From Candidatus Woesearchaeota archaeon (GTDB lineage: Archaea > Nanobdellota > Nanobdellia > SCGC-AAA011-G17 > PNOQ01), in contig CAZRTL010000006.1 in assembly GCA_964603065.1 (NCBI GenBank), positions 84 through 64,083 on the forward strand: 64,000 bases of DNA. The letters run 5' to 3'. Below are positions 18,562-28,596 of this stretch, in pieces; position 1 is the stretch's first letter, and every line of letters starts with the position of its first letter. The notes under the pieces were generated by a model. The model was not told where the DNA came from. It made no database searches and saw only the letters and a list, made by a program, of their open reading frames with translations. Position numbers and translations under genes: made by a program.

Positions 18562-19367
18562 TTTTTGAGTATTTTTTTAATTGTTTTTTTCTTTGAACTT
18601 CCTATTTTTTTAGAAAAATCATCTAATTTAAAATCTAACTCCTTTATTGCATTTGTTAGCATGTCTTTTGGATCTAATTGTCCAAAAGGTTCAATTGTAA
18701 ATATAAATTCTCCTTCTGTGTATTCCACCTGAATTAAATCCTGTGAAAGAGATTCAATTGCTTCATATAAATTATTTTCGAGAATTGCAGATTCATCTAA
18801 TTTATTGTCTTTTAATGCACTATCTGGAATTAAGTCCTTATACTTTGCGATTAATTTAGGATCATTTGTTATTTTTAATTTGGGTTTATGTTTGTATACA
18901 ACAACTCCTGGAGAAAATTTCATATGATCTTTTCCTTTTCCTAATTCTGCTGTTGCAACCAATTTGATTTCTTGGTCTTCTGTTAATGTTACTATTGGAA
19001 TATTATCCAGAACAGATTTTGTTTCTGGATCTTTTAATGTTAAATCTTTAGAATATACCACCTTTGGACCTTTTTCTTCTAAGGATAATGTAGTTTGACA
19101 TTTTGCACATCCTTTTCCTTTACAGGTACATCTTTCTTTTAGGTTATATGATTTTGAATCTGTTTTTATAGGGATTAGTCCCAATCTATGAGAAAGAAGT
19201 TCATCGTATAAAGCCGAGTCATTTTTTACTATTTCTACTTCTGATATTGCCATTACGGGAGTTTCAGATATTATTGTTCTTCTAAGTGTATTTGCTTCTG
19301 TTTCATTTATTCCGGAAATCTCAAGAATCAACTTTTGATCGTCTTGTTTTATTTTTTTTATTTCCAT
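18558..19367 (-). CDS. rpoD: RNA polymerase subunit D (Rpo3)
   Basis: ANTLRR.II.E.P..AI, NDSALYDE.LSHRLGLIP. Confidence 0.96.
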   Translation of the reverse strand: MEIKKIKQDDQKLILEISGINETEANTLRRTIISETPVMAISEVEIVKNDSALYDELLSHRLGLIPIKTDSKSYNLKERCTCKGKGCAKCQTTLSLEEKGPKVVYSKDLTLKDPETKSVLDNIPIVTLTEDQEIKLVATAELGKGKDHMKFSPGVVVYKHKPKLKITNDPKLIAKYKDLIPDSALKDNKLDESAILENNLYEAIESLSQDLIQVEYTEGEFIFTIEPFGQLDPKDMLTNAIKELDFKLDDFSKKIGSSKKKTIKKILKK

Positions 19368-19369
19368 TT

Positions 19370-19786
19370 TTATACACGCCTACCCCTTTTACCGCCCTTC
19401 TTTCTACAACCGTCATGTGCTGCAGGTGTAACTTCTTCTATGTTTCCTATTTTCAATCCTGCTCTTGTTAAAGTTCTTATTGCTGCTTGTGCTCCTGGTC
19501 CTGGTGACATTGGTCCATTGTGTCCGCCCGGTGCACGTACTTTTATATGTACAGCATTAATTCCTTTTTCAATTGCAGTTTCTGCTGCCATTTTTGCTGC
19601 AGACATAGCTACAGTCGGACTTGATTCTAATCTGTGAACTTTTGTGATCATTCCACCGGAACTTTTTGTTATCGTCTCTGATCCAGTTATGTCAGTAATG
19701 TGAATTATTGTATTATTATATGAAGAGTATATATGGGCTATTCCCCATCTTAATTTTCTTTGATCCTTTCTAAAATCTCTAACCAT
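19370..19786 (-). CDS. rps11: 30S ribosomal protein S11
   Basis: [26 protein letters not shown]. Confidence 0.97.
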   Translation of the reverse strand: MVRDFRKDQRKLRWGIAHIYSSYNNTIIHITDITGSETITKSSGGMITKVHRLESSPTVAMSAAKMAAETAIEKGINAVHIKVRAPGGHNGPMSPGPGAQAAIRTLTRAGLKIGNIEEVTPAAHDGCRKKGGKRGRRV

Positions 19787-20468
19787 TTTCTGCTACCTCT
19801 TCTACTTTTGGAGTTTCTTCAGCAACTACGGGGGTTTCTTCAACCTTTGGAACTTCTTTAATTTTAGGTTCCTCTTTCTTTTTAGTAGGTGCTTCAACTT
19901 TGGGTTCTTCCTTTTTGATTATTTTTTCTTTCTTTTCTTTCTCTAATTTTTCTTTTATAGTTCTTTCTGGATGATCTGCTTTTGAAACGGAAGAAGTTGG
20001 GTTGAAAGTTAATTTTGATTCGTCGTCTTTTGAAACGAAGAAAGAAGGAGCAGTGACTTTTTTGCCATTAATTAAAATGTGGCCATGTGTAATGAATTGT
20101 CTGGCTTGTTTCACGGACCTTGCAAGGCCTTTTCTTAAAACAACGGTCTGTAATCTTCTTTCTAAGTAATCCTTAACTTTTAAGTCTAGAATATCTTCTA
20201 GTTTTGAATCTTTAGAAATTATCCCATATTTCAATAATTTAGTTAGTAATTGTTCTCTTTCTTTTGCACTTTGTTCTGAACGAATATTAGCAATAATTTT
20301 TTTTACTTGATTCCTTGCTGATCTTAATCTAGACGCATATCTCCAGACTTCTTTTTTATTTTTTAGGCCATATTCTCTAACAATATCCTTTTCTTCTAAA
20401 ATTCTTTCTCTTTGCCATGGATGAAATGGCGTTTGATATGTTTTTCTTAATCTTTTTGTTTGACCCAT
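19779..20468 (-). CDS. rps4: 30S ribosomal protein S4 with Lys/Glu-rich tail
   Basis: [28 protein letters not shown]. Confidence 0.96.
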   Translation of the reverse strand: MGQTKRLRKTYQTPFHPWQRERILEEKDIVREYGLKNKKEVWRYASRLRSARNQVKKIIANIRSEQSAKEREQLLTKLLKYGIISKDSKLEDILDLKVKDYLERRLQTVVLRKGLARSVKQARQFITHGHILINGKKVTAPSFFVSKDDESKLTFNPTSSVSKADHPERTIKEKLEKEKKEKIIKKEEPKVEAPTKKKEEPKIKEVPKVEETPVVAEETPKVEEVAENG

Positions 20469-20469
20469 T

Positions 20470-20919
20470 TTATTTTTTCTTTCTCTTTACTCCAAGAGAT
20501 TTTCCTTTTCTGAAATTAGCTTTAGTTCTTTGGCCTCTTACAGGCAATCCAACACCATGTCTGAATCCTCTATAAGATTTTATTTTTCTTAATCTTTTAA
20601 TATCAAATTCTTTTCTTAATTTTAAGTCGGAAACTACTAGATGTTTATCTTCTCCAGTATCATAATCTTTTTGTCTATTTACCATCCAAGAAGGAATACT
20701 ATGTTTTACAGGCTCTTTTATTGTTTCCTCTATTTTTTTTATTTCTGAATCTTGAAGAGAACCTGTTTTTTTATTTTTGTCCATATTGGTAACTACACAA
20801 ACGGCATTTGCCATAGAGAAACTAACTCCTTTAATTTTTGTTAGGGTTTGTACAATAGGCTTACTACCATCTAAATCTGTAGCCGCTACTCTCACAATAT
20901 ATTTTAATTTTTCTTCCAT
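20470..20919 (-). CDS. rps13: 30S ribosomal protein S13
   Basis: [17 protein letters not shown]. Confidence 0.97.
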   Translation of the reverse strand: MEEKLKYIVRVAATDLDGSKPIVQTLTKIKGVSFSMANAVCVVTNMDKNKKTGSLQDSEIKKIEETIKEPVKHSIPSWMVNRQKDYDTGEDKHLVVSDLKLRKEFDIKRLRKIKSYRGFRHGVGLPVRGQRTKANFRKGKSLGVKRKKK

Positions 20920-20960
20920 TCTTTGTTTTTGTTGTTAGTGCGCCCTTTTTAAAGCTTTTG

Positions 20961-21524
20961 CTAGGTTTGTACAAATAATTTACGTTTGTCTTCGTCGTTT
21001 AACTCTACGAAAATTCTCCTTATGATTACTTGGATTGGATCTGGTATTAATTTGACTCTTTCTTTTATGTCATCAAAGTTTTCGAACTCCTTTTCGTCTC
21101 TTTGTTCCAAAATTTCAGTTGTGTGTTTCTTTCCAATCCCTGGTAATAATTCTAGTTGGTGCATTCTTGTGTTTATCGGACCTGCTTTATTGAAGAAATC
21201 TATGAATTTCTTTTCATTTTTACTTATTAATTCTTTTATTACAAAGTCTAGTTCCATTCTAGCTGTTTGTGTTAATTTTGAAATAGGAATTTTTCCAACT
21301 ATGTGGTGTATTTTTTCCCTTTCCTCTCCACCTATATAAGCTTCTTCGTAGGGCTGTAGAAATTTTCCTTTTTTTGGAACTAATTCTAGAAGTGTAAAGT
21401 GATCACGACCTATTGCTTGCGCTATGGGAGTCTTTTGGTGTAAAGGCCTCCTGTCTGATGAATATCCGTTGGGTAGGAAATCCAAAATAACTGCATAATC
21501 TTCTTTTGTTATTGGCCGCATCAT
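20961..21524 (-). CDS. DUF655 family putative RNA-binding protein
   Basis: EDYAVILDFLP.G, RMHQLELLPGIGKK; conserved position after rpoF. Confidence 0.9.
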   Translation of the reverse strand: MMRPITKEDYAVILDFLPNGYSSDRRPLHQKTPIAQAIGRDHFTLLELVPKKGKFLQPYEEAYIGGEEREKIHHIVGKIPISKLTQTARMELDFVIKELISKNEKKFIDFFNKAGPINTRMHQLELLPGIGKKHTTEILEQRDEKEFENFDDIKERVKLIPDPIQVIIRRIFVELNDEDKRKLFVQT

Positions 21525-21532
21525 TTTGTTCG

Positions 21533-21862
21533 TTAAGCATGTTTTTTCACTATGTTTAGTATTTTGTCTAAATCCTCTTGTTTCAAGGTGAGATTTTCAC
21601 CAGAAAGGATTGTTCTTAAGCTGTCAATGTCTGTTGGCAATATATTGATTATTAGTGTAATATGTTTATTCCTTAATCTTGTTACTCCTGCTGATTCTAA
21701 TTCTTTCTTTAATTCTTTATAAGTTTTTGTTTTTGGAGCATTATTTAGATATTCTTCTACTTTTTTGGCCCTGAAATTTAGTTCTTTATCTCTCTTTTTC
21801 ATTTCATCTATTCTTTCCTTCATTTCAGGTACACTTATTGGAGTTTGTTCTGTTATTTCCAT
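21533..21862 (-). CDS. rpoF: RNA polymerase subunit F (Rpo4)
   Basis: Size, ELNF.....EYL and IINILP.D..LR.I pattern; between rpl21e and DUF655. Confidence 0.85.
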   Translation of the reverse strand: MEITEQTPISVPEMKERIDEMKKRDKELNFRAKKVEEYLNNAPKTKTYKELKKELESAGVTRLRNKHITLIINILPTDIDSLRTILSGENLTLKQEDLDKILNIVKKHA

Positions 21863-21864
21863 TT

Positions 21865-22152
21865 TTATCTTCTTTTCAAATGTACTGGGTGAGTTAAGAT
21901 GGTTTTAATTTTATTTCCATCTTTTATTTGAACATAATAATTTGAACCTTGTTTTTCTTTTATTGTTCCAGCCTTTCCATGAAATCTTGGGTTGTATAAT
22001 CCCTTTTGAATTGCTGGTTCGGCAGCTAGGTAAACCCTATCTCCTTCCTTGAATTTTTGGAAGAACCTTCTAAGGCTGATCTTTCCTTTTGTTCTGACAT
22101 TTTTTCTTAATTTATGCCTAGTTTTCCTTCTTAATCCACCGATTCGTTTCAT
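21865..22152 (-). CDS. rpl21e: 50S ribosomal protein L21e
   Basis: RRKTRHKL, RFHGKAG, HPVHL. Confidence 0.96.
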   Translation of the reverse strand: MKRIGGLRRKTRHKLRKNVRTKGKISLRRFFQKFKEGDRVYLAAEPAIQKGLYNPRFHGKAGTIKEKQGSNYYVQIKDGNKIKTILTHPVHLKRR

Positions 22153-22196
22153 TTCAAAATAATGGGAATAAAGTTGATTTATAAAGGTTTTTGTTG

Positions 22197-22484
22197 TTAT
22201 AGAAGTTTAGCCAATGCTTGATCTAGTGCGAAAAATAAGTTCGGATTTTCTGCTTCAGATGTTTTGTTTTCTTCTGCCTCTAAATCAGTTTTTATCTTAT
22301 ATTTAGAATCTTTTGCTAGAATTATGGTTATTTTTTTGAAATCTTTGACTTTTTCCGAGATTTTTTTTGTATAGTTCCCAACTACTTTTTTTACCACTAT
22401 CAATTGACCTTTTTCTATTTCTTCAAAGTTATCTAAATTTATGTTACCACCTAGCTCTATCATGATTAACTCCTTAGAATTCAT
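22197..22484 (-). CDS. Hypothetical protein, possibly HPF-like
   Basis: IELGGNI.L..F...NLFFALDQALAKL; loose resemblance to 10900..11208. Confidence 0.5.
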   Translation of the reverse strand: MNSKELIMIELGGNINLDNFEEIEKGQLIVVKKVVGNYTKKISEKVKDFKKITIILAKDSKYKIKTDLEAEENKTSEAENPNLFFALDQALAKLL

Positions 22485-22499
22485 ATGATTTAAGCTTTT

Positions 22500-22754
22500 C
22501 TATCTAGTATATAAGGTGTAAATTAGCAGTTTGATGGGCTTTGAATAATATCCCGTATACAGCGCTATTTTTTCTAGGCTGGATCCCTCCACCCTATCAG
22601 TTATATTTGTAAATTCGGCTAAACTTTTGTCAGCTCTTTCCGAATAGCCCTGTTCATTTTCTATCCTGTTTGATTTGTTTTTCATATTTCTAGTCCATTG
22701 ATATAGAAATTCTGTAGATTCCCTTCCTGCTTTGAATATTTTACATAGAGACAT
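22500..22754 (-). CDS. Hypothetical protein
   Basis: 84-aa ORF starting immediately after the elp3 stop. Confidence 0.5.
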   Translation of the reverse strand: MSLCKIFKAGRESTEFLYQWTRNMKNKSNRIENEQGYSERADKSLAEFTNITDRVEGSSLEKIALYTGYYSKPIKLLIYTLYTR

Positions 22755-22755
22755 T

Positions 22756-24438
22756 TTATTTTAATTTTTTAGTTACATATGGGCCTTCTTTTTTGTATCC
22801 CAACTTATAATAGTATTCTCTTACTCCTATTCCAGAAATAACTATCATTTTGTCTTTTTTGTGCCGTTTTGCTATCTCTTCTGCTTTCTGCATTAATTTT
22901 TTGCCCCAACCTTTATGTTGAACTTGGCCTTTTTCTTTTATTCCTGTTGAAGTCCCGTAAACATGAAGTTCTCTTATTAATGCTGAGTTCTTTGTTATTT
23001 CTTTTCTTAAGTTTTTGTGAGGAAAACGCATCCTTGCGAACCCAACTAACAGATCATTTTTTGTGTCTTCTGCCGATATAAAAAATTCTTTTCCGTTTGA
23101 TGCTCCATATTCTTGAACTTTGATTTTTACATCATTCCAACTTATTTCTTTTCCCATAGGTTCCCTGCATCTTATACAATTGCAAGTTACTTTATATTTT
23201 TGGAATAAGTGTTGTCTAAAATTTGTCATTTCTACGCCGGCGGACCATTGTTGTGTTGGAACGTCTCTTTGTATCCTCATTATCCTGCAATATCTTGGAA
23301 CATATTTTTTGAATTTTGCAATTAGTTCTGCTGCATCTTTCGAATTTAGAGGTTTGAATTTTCCTTGTTTATATTCTGCATATAGTGCGGTTCCTGGAGA
23401 AACCATGGTTGGATATACTTTTAGCATGTCTGGTTTGAAATTTTCATCTGAGAATAATTGTTTCATTCCTTCTAGATCCTTTTTTTTATTTGTTAAAGGT
23501 AATCCTGGCATGTAGTGCCCTGCAACTTTAAAACCTAAATCTTTTAAAATTCTTATGGAGTCTTTTGTGTCTTTTATTGTATGCCCTCGGTGGACTTTTT
23601 TTATTACATCTTCGTAGACAGATTGTATTCCTAATTCTACTCTTGTACATCCAAGTCTTAGCATTTGATTTCCATGTTTTAGTAGGCCCCAATCAGGTTT
23701 TGTTTCAATACATAAAGCTACACATCTTACTTTTGCAGTTTCATTTATTGTTTGTTCTTTAGTTAGTGTACATGTTTTTTTTAGTTTGAGTAGTTTGTCT
23801 TGAATTCTTTTTGTTCTTTCTTTATTTTCGAAATTTTCACTTGGAAGTTCGTAGAACTTTTTGAATTTTATATAATCAAACTCTCCTTTTTTGTTGAAAA
23901 ATAATTTTGAAAAGTCATTTAGAGCTTTGAATGAAAATTTTATGAATTCTTCTTGGTATTTTTTTGGAAATGATGGGAAAGTTCCTCCCATGATAATTAA
24001 TTCTATCTTTTCGAAGTTGTGCCCCAGTAAAACATATTGTTCTAATCTATTGAATATTTGTAAATAAGGATCATAATGATTTCTTATTGCACGCATTGTT
24101 GCTGGTTCTCCTCCAGTATATGATTGAGGTACATCTCCAAAAGATGAATTTAGACCTCCAGGACAATAAATGCATTTTCCATGAGGACAAGAAATAGGTT
24201 TTGTCATAATTGCTAAGGGTGCTACTCCTGAAATTGTTCTTACTGGCTTTGTTAATAATTTTGGTTTGAGAATTTTTATCTTATCTTCTGGAGCATTCAT
24301 TAAAATCTGAATTAGACTTGGAAGTTTTTTTGGTTTGTACTTTTTTGATAGTCTATCTCTTAGTTTTATAATCTCAGATCTAGTCTTAAGATCCTTTTCT
24401 AGGATTTCTTTTACTATTTCTTCATACAATTTTTCCAT
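22756..24438 (-). CDS. elp3: Elp3 radical SAM tRNA uridine(34) acetyltransferase
   Basis: CPHGKCIYCPGG, ETKPD, RELHVYG, QHKGWG GNAT motif. Confidence 0.96.
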   Translation of the reverse strand: MEKLYEEIVKEILEKDLKTRSEIIKLRDRLSKKYKPKKLPSLIQILMNAPEDKIKILKPKLLTKPVRTISGVAPLAIMTKPISCPHGKCIYCPGGLNSSFGDVPQSYTGGEPATMRAIRNHYDPYLQIFNRLEQYVLLGHNFEKIELIIMGGTFPSFPKKYQEEFIKFSFKALNDFSKLFFNKKGEFDYIKFKKFYELPSENFENKERTKRIQDKLLKLKKTCTLTKEQTINETAKVRCVALCIETKPDWGLLKHGNQMLRLGCTRVELGIQSVYEDVIKKVHRGHTIKDTKDSIRILKDLGFKVAGHYMPGLPLTNKKKDLEGMKQLFSDENFKPDMLKVYPTMVSPGTALYAEYKQGKFKPLNSKDAAELIAKFKKYVPRYCRIMRIQRDVPTQQWSAGVEMTNFRQHLFQKYKVTCNCIRCREPMGKEISWNDVKIKVQEYGASNGKEFFISAEDTKNDLLVGFARMRFPHKNLRKEITKNSALIRELHVYGTSTGIKEKGQVQHKGWGKKLMQKAEEIAKRHKKDKMIVISGIGVREYYYKLGYKKEGPYVTKKLK

Positions 24439-24488
24439 GATTTTTGTAAAAGAGAAACGTTTAAAAGGACTTCTTTTTTTAGAAAATA

Positions 24489-24753
24489 GTAGGCTAGCTG
24501 GGTAGTCAGCCCTTACCTGTACCGCAAATGGGCTACATGGCGGAGTGAAGCTTAGGCGAGGCTGAGAAGTTGATTATCGGTCTCAATTTGGACGTTGATC
24601 CTTTGTCTTACAGGGTTGATGTTTTAGAGAACCAGGTCAGACCGGGAACGGAGCAGCCTTAACCTTTAATATTGGCGCTTGTAAGTAGCAGAGGGGAGAA
24701 AGAATTGGGGTTAAGCTGATGGTTGATTTCTTTGTCGAACTTAAGTGGCCTAC
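24489..24753 (+). ncRNA. ffs: SRP (7S) RNA
   Basis: Terminal helix GTAGGC/GCCTAC; helix-8-like CCAGGTCAGACCGGGAACGGAGCAGC; followed by a T-tract. Confidence 0.88.
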
Positions 24754-25077
24754 ATTTTTTTAGAAACATTTTTAAAATACTTTTATACTCTATTTTTATG
24801 TCGGATAGAAATTTTTTGATGGGGATAATGCTCGATCATGAGGAACATGCGCTTTTAAGAGATTTTGAGAGATCTTTACCTGGACTTGAAACGTTGAATG
24901 GCAGATATCTGGTAGATGTTGCAAATTGTGGCTCTTATACTTTAGATGGATATAGGCAAGATTCTGAATGTTTTTAATTAAGTATATATTTTTATTATTT
25001 CTTAGTGGGGGGTAATAGAATTAATATTTTTGATACACTTAAAGATCCAAAAGAAATAAGGTTTGATAGGAAATAAT

Positions 25078-25527
25078 TTATAATTTTGCTATTATGTCAC
25101 TTAAACTTTGAGCTAGAATGTTATACATTTTTTGTATTGTTAATTCATATATAGCTTCTTTTAAAGGCCCAGTACAATAAGGAAGAATTTCAGTGTTAAA
25201 TGTTGTACCTTTATCTACTTTACAATCCATTGATTTTCCTTCAAATAAACTCGCTACTTCTAATTCTGTTTCCGAAGGCATATCTAAAATCGTTACTCTA
25301 ACTTTACATTGATCATTATCTTGTCCTTTTATTTGGTATGTAAAAGTTGAACCCTCGTCTAAAACTGTTAATTTTGTTTTTTTACAATTTTCTAAATGTC
25401 TATTATAACATGATTTATCGTCTGCACAATCAAACTCATAAGAGAAATAAAAAACACCTATTATGACCAATATTATTATTATAATCGGAATAATAAGAAC
25501 TTTTGGATCCCTTTTCTTCTTTTTCAT
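25078..25527 (-). CDS. Hypothetical membrane-anchored Cys-containing protein
   Basis: Basic N-terminus, one TM helix, several Cys. Confidence 0.7.
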   Translation of the reverse strand: MKKKKRDPKVLIIPIIIIILVIIGVFYFSYEFDCADDKSCYNRHLENCKKTKLTVLDEGSTFTYQIKGQDNDQCKVRVTILDMPSETELEVASLFEGKSMDCKVDKGTTFNTEILPYCTGPLKEAIYELTIQKMYNILAQSLSDIIAKL

Positions 25528-25565
25528 AAAGAAAAAATGAAATTAAGATTTTATTAAGTTTTCGT

Positions 25566-26819
25566 TTATAGATCATCCTTAGTTATTATCTTAACCTTTG
25601 GAGATCTTTGAATTTTCGAAGACATTGCAATTAAATTTTTAATTCCAACTCTTTCTGATAGCTTAACTAGATCTAATTCAATCATTCCATCAAAGATAAC
25701 TGTAGTTATTCCAGATTTCAAAGATTTTATTGTTGTTGCTAGTTCCGATGTAGGAACTTTTCCTAGAATATTGGTATCTTCATCTAGTAAGTAGGCCCCT
25801 CGTGTTCCAACAAGATCGTCTAGCATTTCTTTATACAATTTTGATTCTTGTGGAGTCACTCTAGTTCTTCTTACAGGTGGTGCCCTTGAAATTGTTTCTG
25901 TTTTTGCTGGCGCTCTTGAAGTTGTTGTTCTTGTTGTAGGAGCTCTTGAAACTGTTCTTTGTGGAGTTCTTCTTCCATTAGCTGGTTCTGTAATATCTAA
26001 TTTTGCTTGTTCAACTGCTACCTTACTTCTTAGAGCTTTGTTTATTTCTTTTTTTGTTAGCTCTTCAACTTCTTTGCCATCGGGTGCCTTAATAACATAA
26101 TCTATTTCAGCAACACTCATAAGTTCTTTTATAATTAAGACTCCTCCACGATCTCCATCTACAAAAACAGTTACATCCTTTCTTTTACTTAGATCTATAA
26201 CTGTTTGAGGTACTGAAGTTCCGTTTAGAGCTATTGCATTTTTTATGCCGTGTTTTAATAGAGTTAAGACATCTGCTCTCCCTTCGACTACAATTATTTC
26301 ATCAGATTCTTCTATAAATGGACCTGCTGCCAATCTATCCTTTCCATATTCAACAATTTCCATCATTCTTACAGAATGTGCAACCTCTTCTGTAATCTCT
26401 TGTGAATCAGGTAGTGCATTATCTGTAAAGTCCTTTAGAAGTTCTTTTGCTCTATCTACCACGAAAGCTCTTTTAGAAGTTCTTACATCTTCTATGTTTT
26501 TTGAATTTACTTTAGCATTACATGGGCCAATTCTTTGAATTGTTTCCAAAGCCGCTGCAATAATTGCTGTTTCTGCTTTGTCTAAGCTAGAAGGTATAAT
26601 TATTTCTCCGCTGGCTTTTCCAGCTTTTGTCGTTAAATTTACCTCAATTCTACCTATTTTTCCGTTTCTTTGTAATTCTCGTAATTCTAGATCTTCCCCT
26701 AGAAGACCCTCTGTTTGTCCAAATATTGCTCCAATTACGTCTGGTCTGTCTACAGTACCTTCAACCGTAATATGAGCATGAATAATATATTTAGCTGCTA
26801 CTAAGCCAATTTTTCCCAT
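25566..26819 (-). CDS. dnaG: Archaeal DnaG (TOPRIM primase-like, exosome-associated)
   Basis: DVIGAIFGQTEGLLG, VVEGRADV, DGDRGG. Start set at MGKIG (26819), which has an AGGAGG SD upstream. Confidence 0.95.
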   Translation of the reverse strand: MGKIGLVAAKYIIHAHITVEGTVDRPDVIGAIFGQTEGLLGEDLELRELQRNGKIGRIEVNLTTKAGKASGEIIIPSSLDKAETAIIAAALETIQRIGPCNAKVNSKNIEDVRTSKRAFVVDRAKELLKDFTDNALPDSQEITEEVAHSVRMMEIVEYGKDRLAAGPFIEESDEIIVVEGRADVLTLLKHGIKNAIALNGTSVPQTVIDLSKRKDVTVFVDGDRGGVLIIKELMSVAEIDYVIKAPDGKEVEELTKKEINKALRSKVAVEQAKLDITEPANGRRTPQRTVSRAPTTRTTTSRAPAKTETISRAPPVRRTRVTPQESKLYKEMLDDLVGTRGAYLLDEDTNILGKVPTSELATTIKSLKSGITTVIFDGMIELDLVKLSERVGIKNLIAMSSKIQRSPKVKIITKDDL

Positions 26820-26904
26820 TTTACATTTCCTCCTATGTATACAATAAACCAATAAAGAACAAGTTTTCCCCCATTTTTGGGTTGTTTACGTCAAATATGA
26901 CAAA

Positions 26905-26939
26905 TGAATATGATATTTTTTGTGAATATGATATTTTTT
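26905..26939. repeat. Two exact 17-bp direct repeats TGAATATGATATTTTTT (18-bp period)
   Basis: Copies at 26905-26921 and 26923-26939, upstream of dnaG. Confidence 0.85.
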
Positions 26940-26957
26940 CGTTCTTTAAAGGTTTGT

Positions 26958-27033
26958 AGCCCGATACTAACCCCAAAGCTCATAGCTTGATGTTGCATCG
27001 TTAGCTCCGTTTGGTAAATTCTCTTACCGGGCT
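26958..27033 (-). ncRNA. Candidate 76-nt multi-stem structured RNA upstream of dnaG
   Basis: Five nested stems: AGCCCG/CGGGCT, GGTAA/TTACC, GCTAAC/GTTAGT, GATG/CATC, AAGCT/AGCTT. TTTATAAA at 27056-27063. Confidence 0.6.
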
Positions 27034-27091
27034 TGATATTTGGTTTTGATTTTGGTTTATAAATGTTGTGATTTATCACTATTATTACGAT

Positions 27092-27514
27092 ATGGTGGTA
27101 ACACCTAGAAAAGCTTATAAAGGGAAGAAATTCAAAAAATGTATGTTATCTTTAGTAATAAATTCGGTTGTTAGGGGAGAGAATCCAACTTCGGAGCAAT
27201 TTAAAGATCTTGTTTCTAATATAGAATCTGAAGGAATATTTGATAGAGAACCTAGAAGATTTATTGTTAGTGAAGAGAAAGTTGGAAAATTTACTGTTTA
27301 TAGAACTAAGTCGATAGGAAAAGGCAATATTGTTTATACTGTTTTTGAGCATAGAGATATTTCCGATAAAGATTTTGATCTTTCAAATAAAAGAATAGGA
27401 TATGAAATTCATATGTCTCCAGAAGGAGAGCTAGTTAGAGTTAATAAAAAGGAAAACCCTGTTCTTTTTGATGGTTGCGTTGAAGTGTTGACTACTCAGA
27501 AAAGATATCTTTAA
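27092..27514 (+). CDS. Hypothetical protein
   Basis: ORF 27068..27514; first ATG at 27092. Confidence 0.6.
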   Translation: MVVTPRKAYKGKKFKKCMLSLVINSVVRGENPTSEQFKDLVSNIESEGIFDREPRRFIVSEEKVGKFTVYRTKSIGKGNIVYTVFEHRDISDKDFDLSNKRIGYEIHMSPEGELVRVNKKENPVLFDGCVEVLTTQKRYL

Positions 27515-27515
27515 T

Positions 27516-28013
27516 TTATTTGAATTTCTGTAAATTTAGATAAGATTTAGTCCTATTAAAGATATCATGTGCATCTTCTTTTATCTCTTTTTCATATCTT
27601 TCTCTTCTTCCGGTTGCTAGGAATTTATCAAATACTCCTCTTACAAACTTGTAAATTGGGCTATTAGACCATCTTTCTTCATAATCTGTCTCAATATAGG
27701 CTTCATATTTGATTTTTAATGCGCCTTCTACGGTTTTTCCTTGTTTTGTTTCAATTATTTCATAATCTTTTAAAGAAATAGATAGTTCTAGTATAAGTCT
27801 TGTATAATTGTCTAAGTATTTTTGTCCAGCCCATTTTATAGTTACAGATTTTTTGTCTCCACGTACTACATCATCATATTCTTTTTCGTGAAAAACATAA
27901 CCATGTAAATCAAACCAAGCTTTTAATGTTCTGTATAAGTCAATCATACTAAATTGAGCTTTTTTCTGTATTACTAAATTATCTCCCCTAATTATCCAGT
28001 CAGCCTCAACCAT
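27516..28013 (-). CDS. Hypothetical protein (paralog 3 of tandem trio)
   Basis: Shares F.M..LY...K.W....GY and I.W...K...Y motifs with its two neighbours. Confidence 0.8.
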   Translation of the reverse strand: MVEADWIIRGDNLVIQKKAQFSMIDLYRTLKAWFDLHGYVFHEKEYDDVVRGDKKSVTIKWAGQKYLDNYTRLILELSISLKDYEIIETKQGKTVEGALKIKYEAYIETDYEERWSNSPIYKFVRGVFDKFLATGRRERYEKEIKEDAHDIFNRTKSYLNLQKFK

Positions 28014-28051
28014 GTTTAAATTTTGGAAACTGAGATATATAAAGTTTTTCT

Positions 28052-28561
28052 TTAGTATTGATGCATTGTTAAGAAGTTTTTTATTTCGTCCTGCAATGCA
28101 TAAGTTTTTGAATATAAATTTGTTTTGTAATCATCAAGTCTGTTGCTTATTATGAATTTTTCGTATATAGTTTGGAAGGCACCTTTTTTTTCTCCCCATT
28201 TTTTTTGCCTATCTGTTAAAACATGAGAGCTTATTCTTATTTCTACTTCTCCCGCCTGAGTTTTTATTTTTTTACCGTCTTGTTCTAATTCAACATCTTT
28301 TAATCCTAAAACAAAGAAACCCATTTTTATGACAAAAGCAAAATAATCACTAATATCTTTTTGAGCATACCACCTTATTTCTAATTGTTGAGTATCTCCT
28401 TTCATTCTTTGAACAAACTTTTCTTCTTGGAATGTTTTATCTTCGTTGCCATAACCTTGATAATCTAGCCACATCTTGATATGTTTGTATAAATCAGACA
28501 TACTAAAAACTCCTTTCCACTTTACTTTTATTCCGGGAACAATGGTAAGTTTTTCTTGCAT
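28052..28561 (-). CDS. Hypothetical protein (paralog 2 of tandem trio)
   Basis: GVFSMSDLYKHIKMWL..QGY, IRWYAQKDISDY. Confidence 0.8.
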   Translation of the reverse strand: MQEKLTIVPGIKVKWKGVFSMSDLYKHIKMWLDYQGYGNEDKTFQEEKFVQRMKGDTQQLEIRWYAQKDISDYFAFVIKMGFFVLGLKDVELEQDGKKIKTQAGEVEIRISSHVLTDRQKKWGEKKGAFQTIYEKFIISNRLDDYKTNLYSKTYALQDEIKNFLTMHQY

Positions 28562-28596
28562 TTTTTTATTTTTGTAAATATATTTTATAAACTTTT

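Noticed and set aside
26905..26939. Possible CRISPR array
   Set aside because: Only two 17-bp copies with a 1-nt gap, no spacers, and no cas genes in the window.
26891..27079. 62-aa minus-strand ORF upstream of dnaG
   Set aside because: No protein motif, and it spans the TATA box; the region is better explained by RNA structure and repeats.
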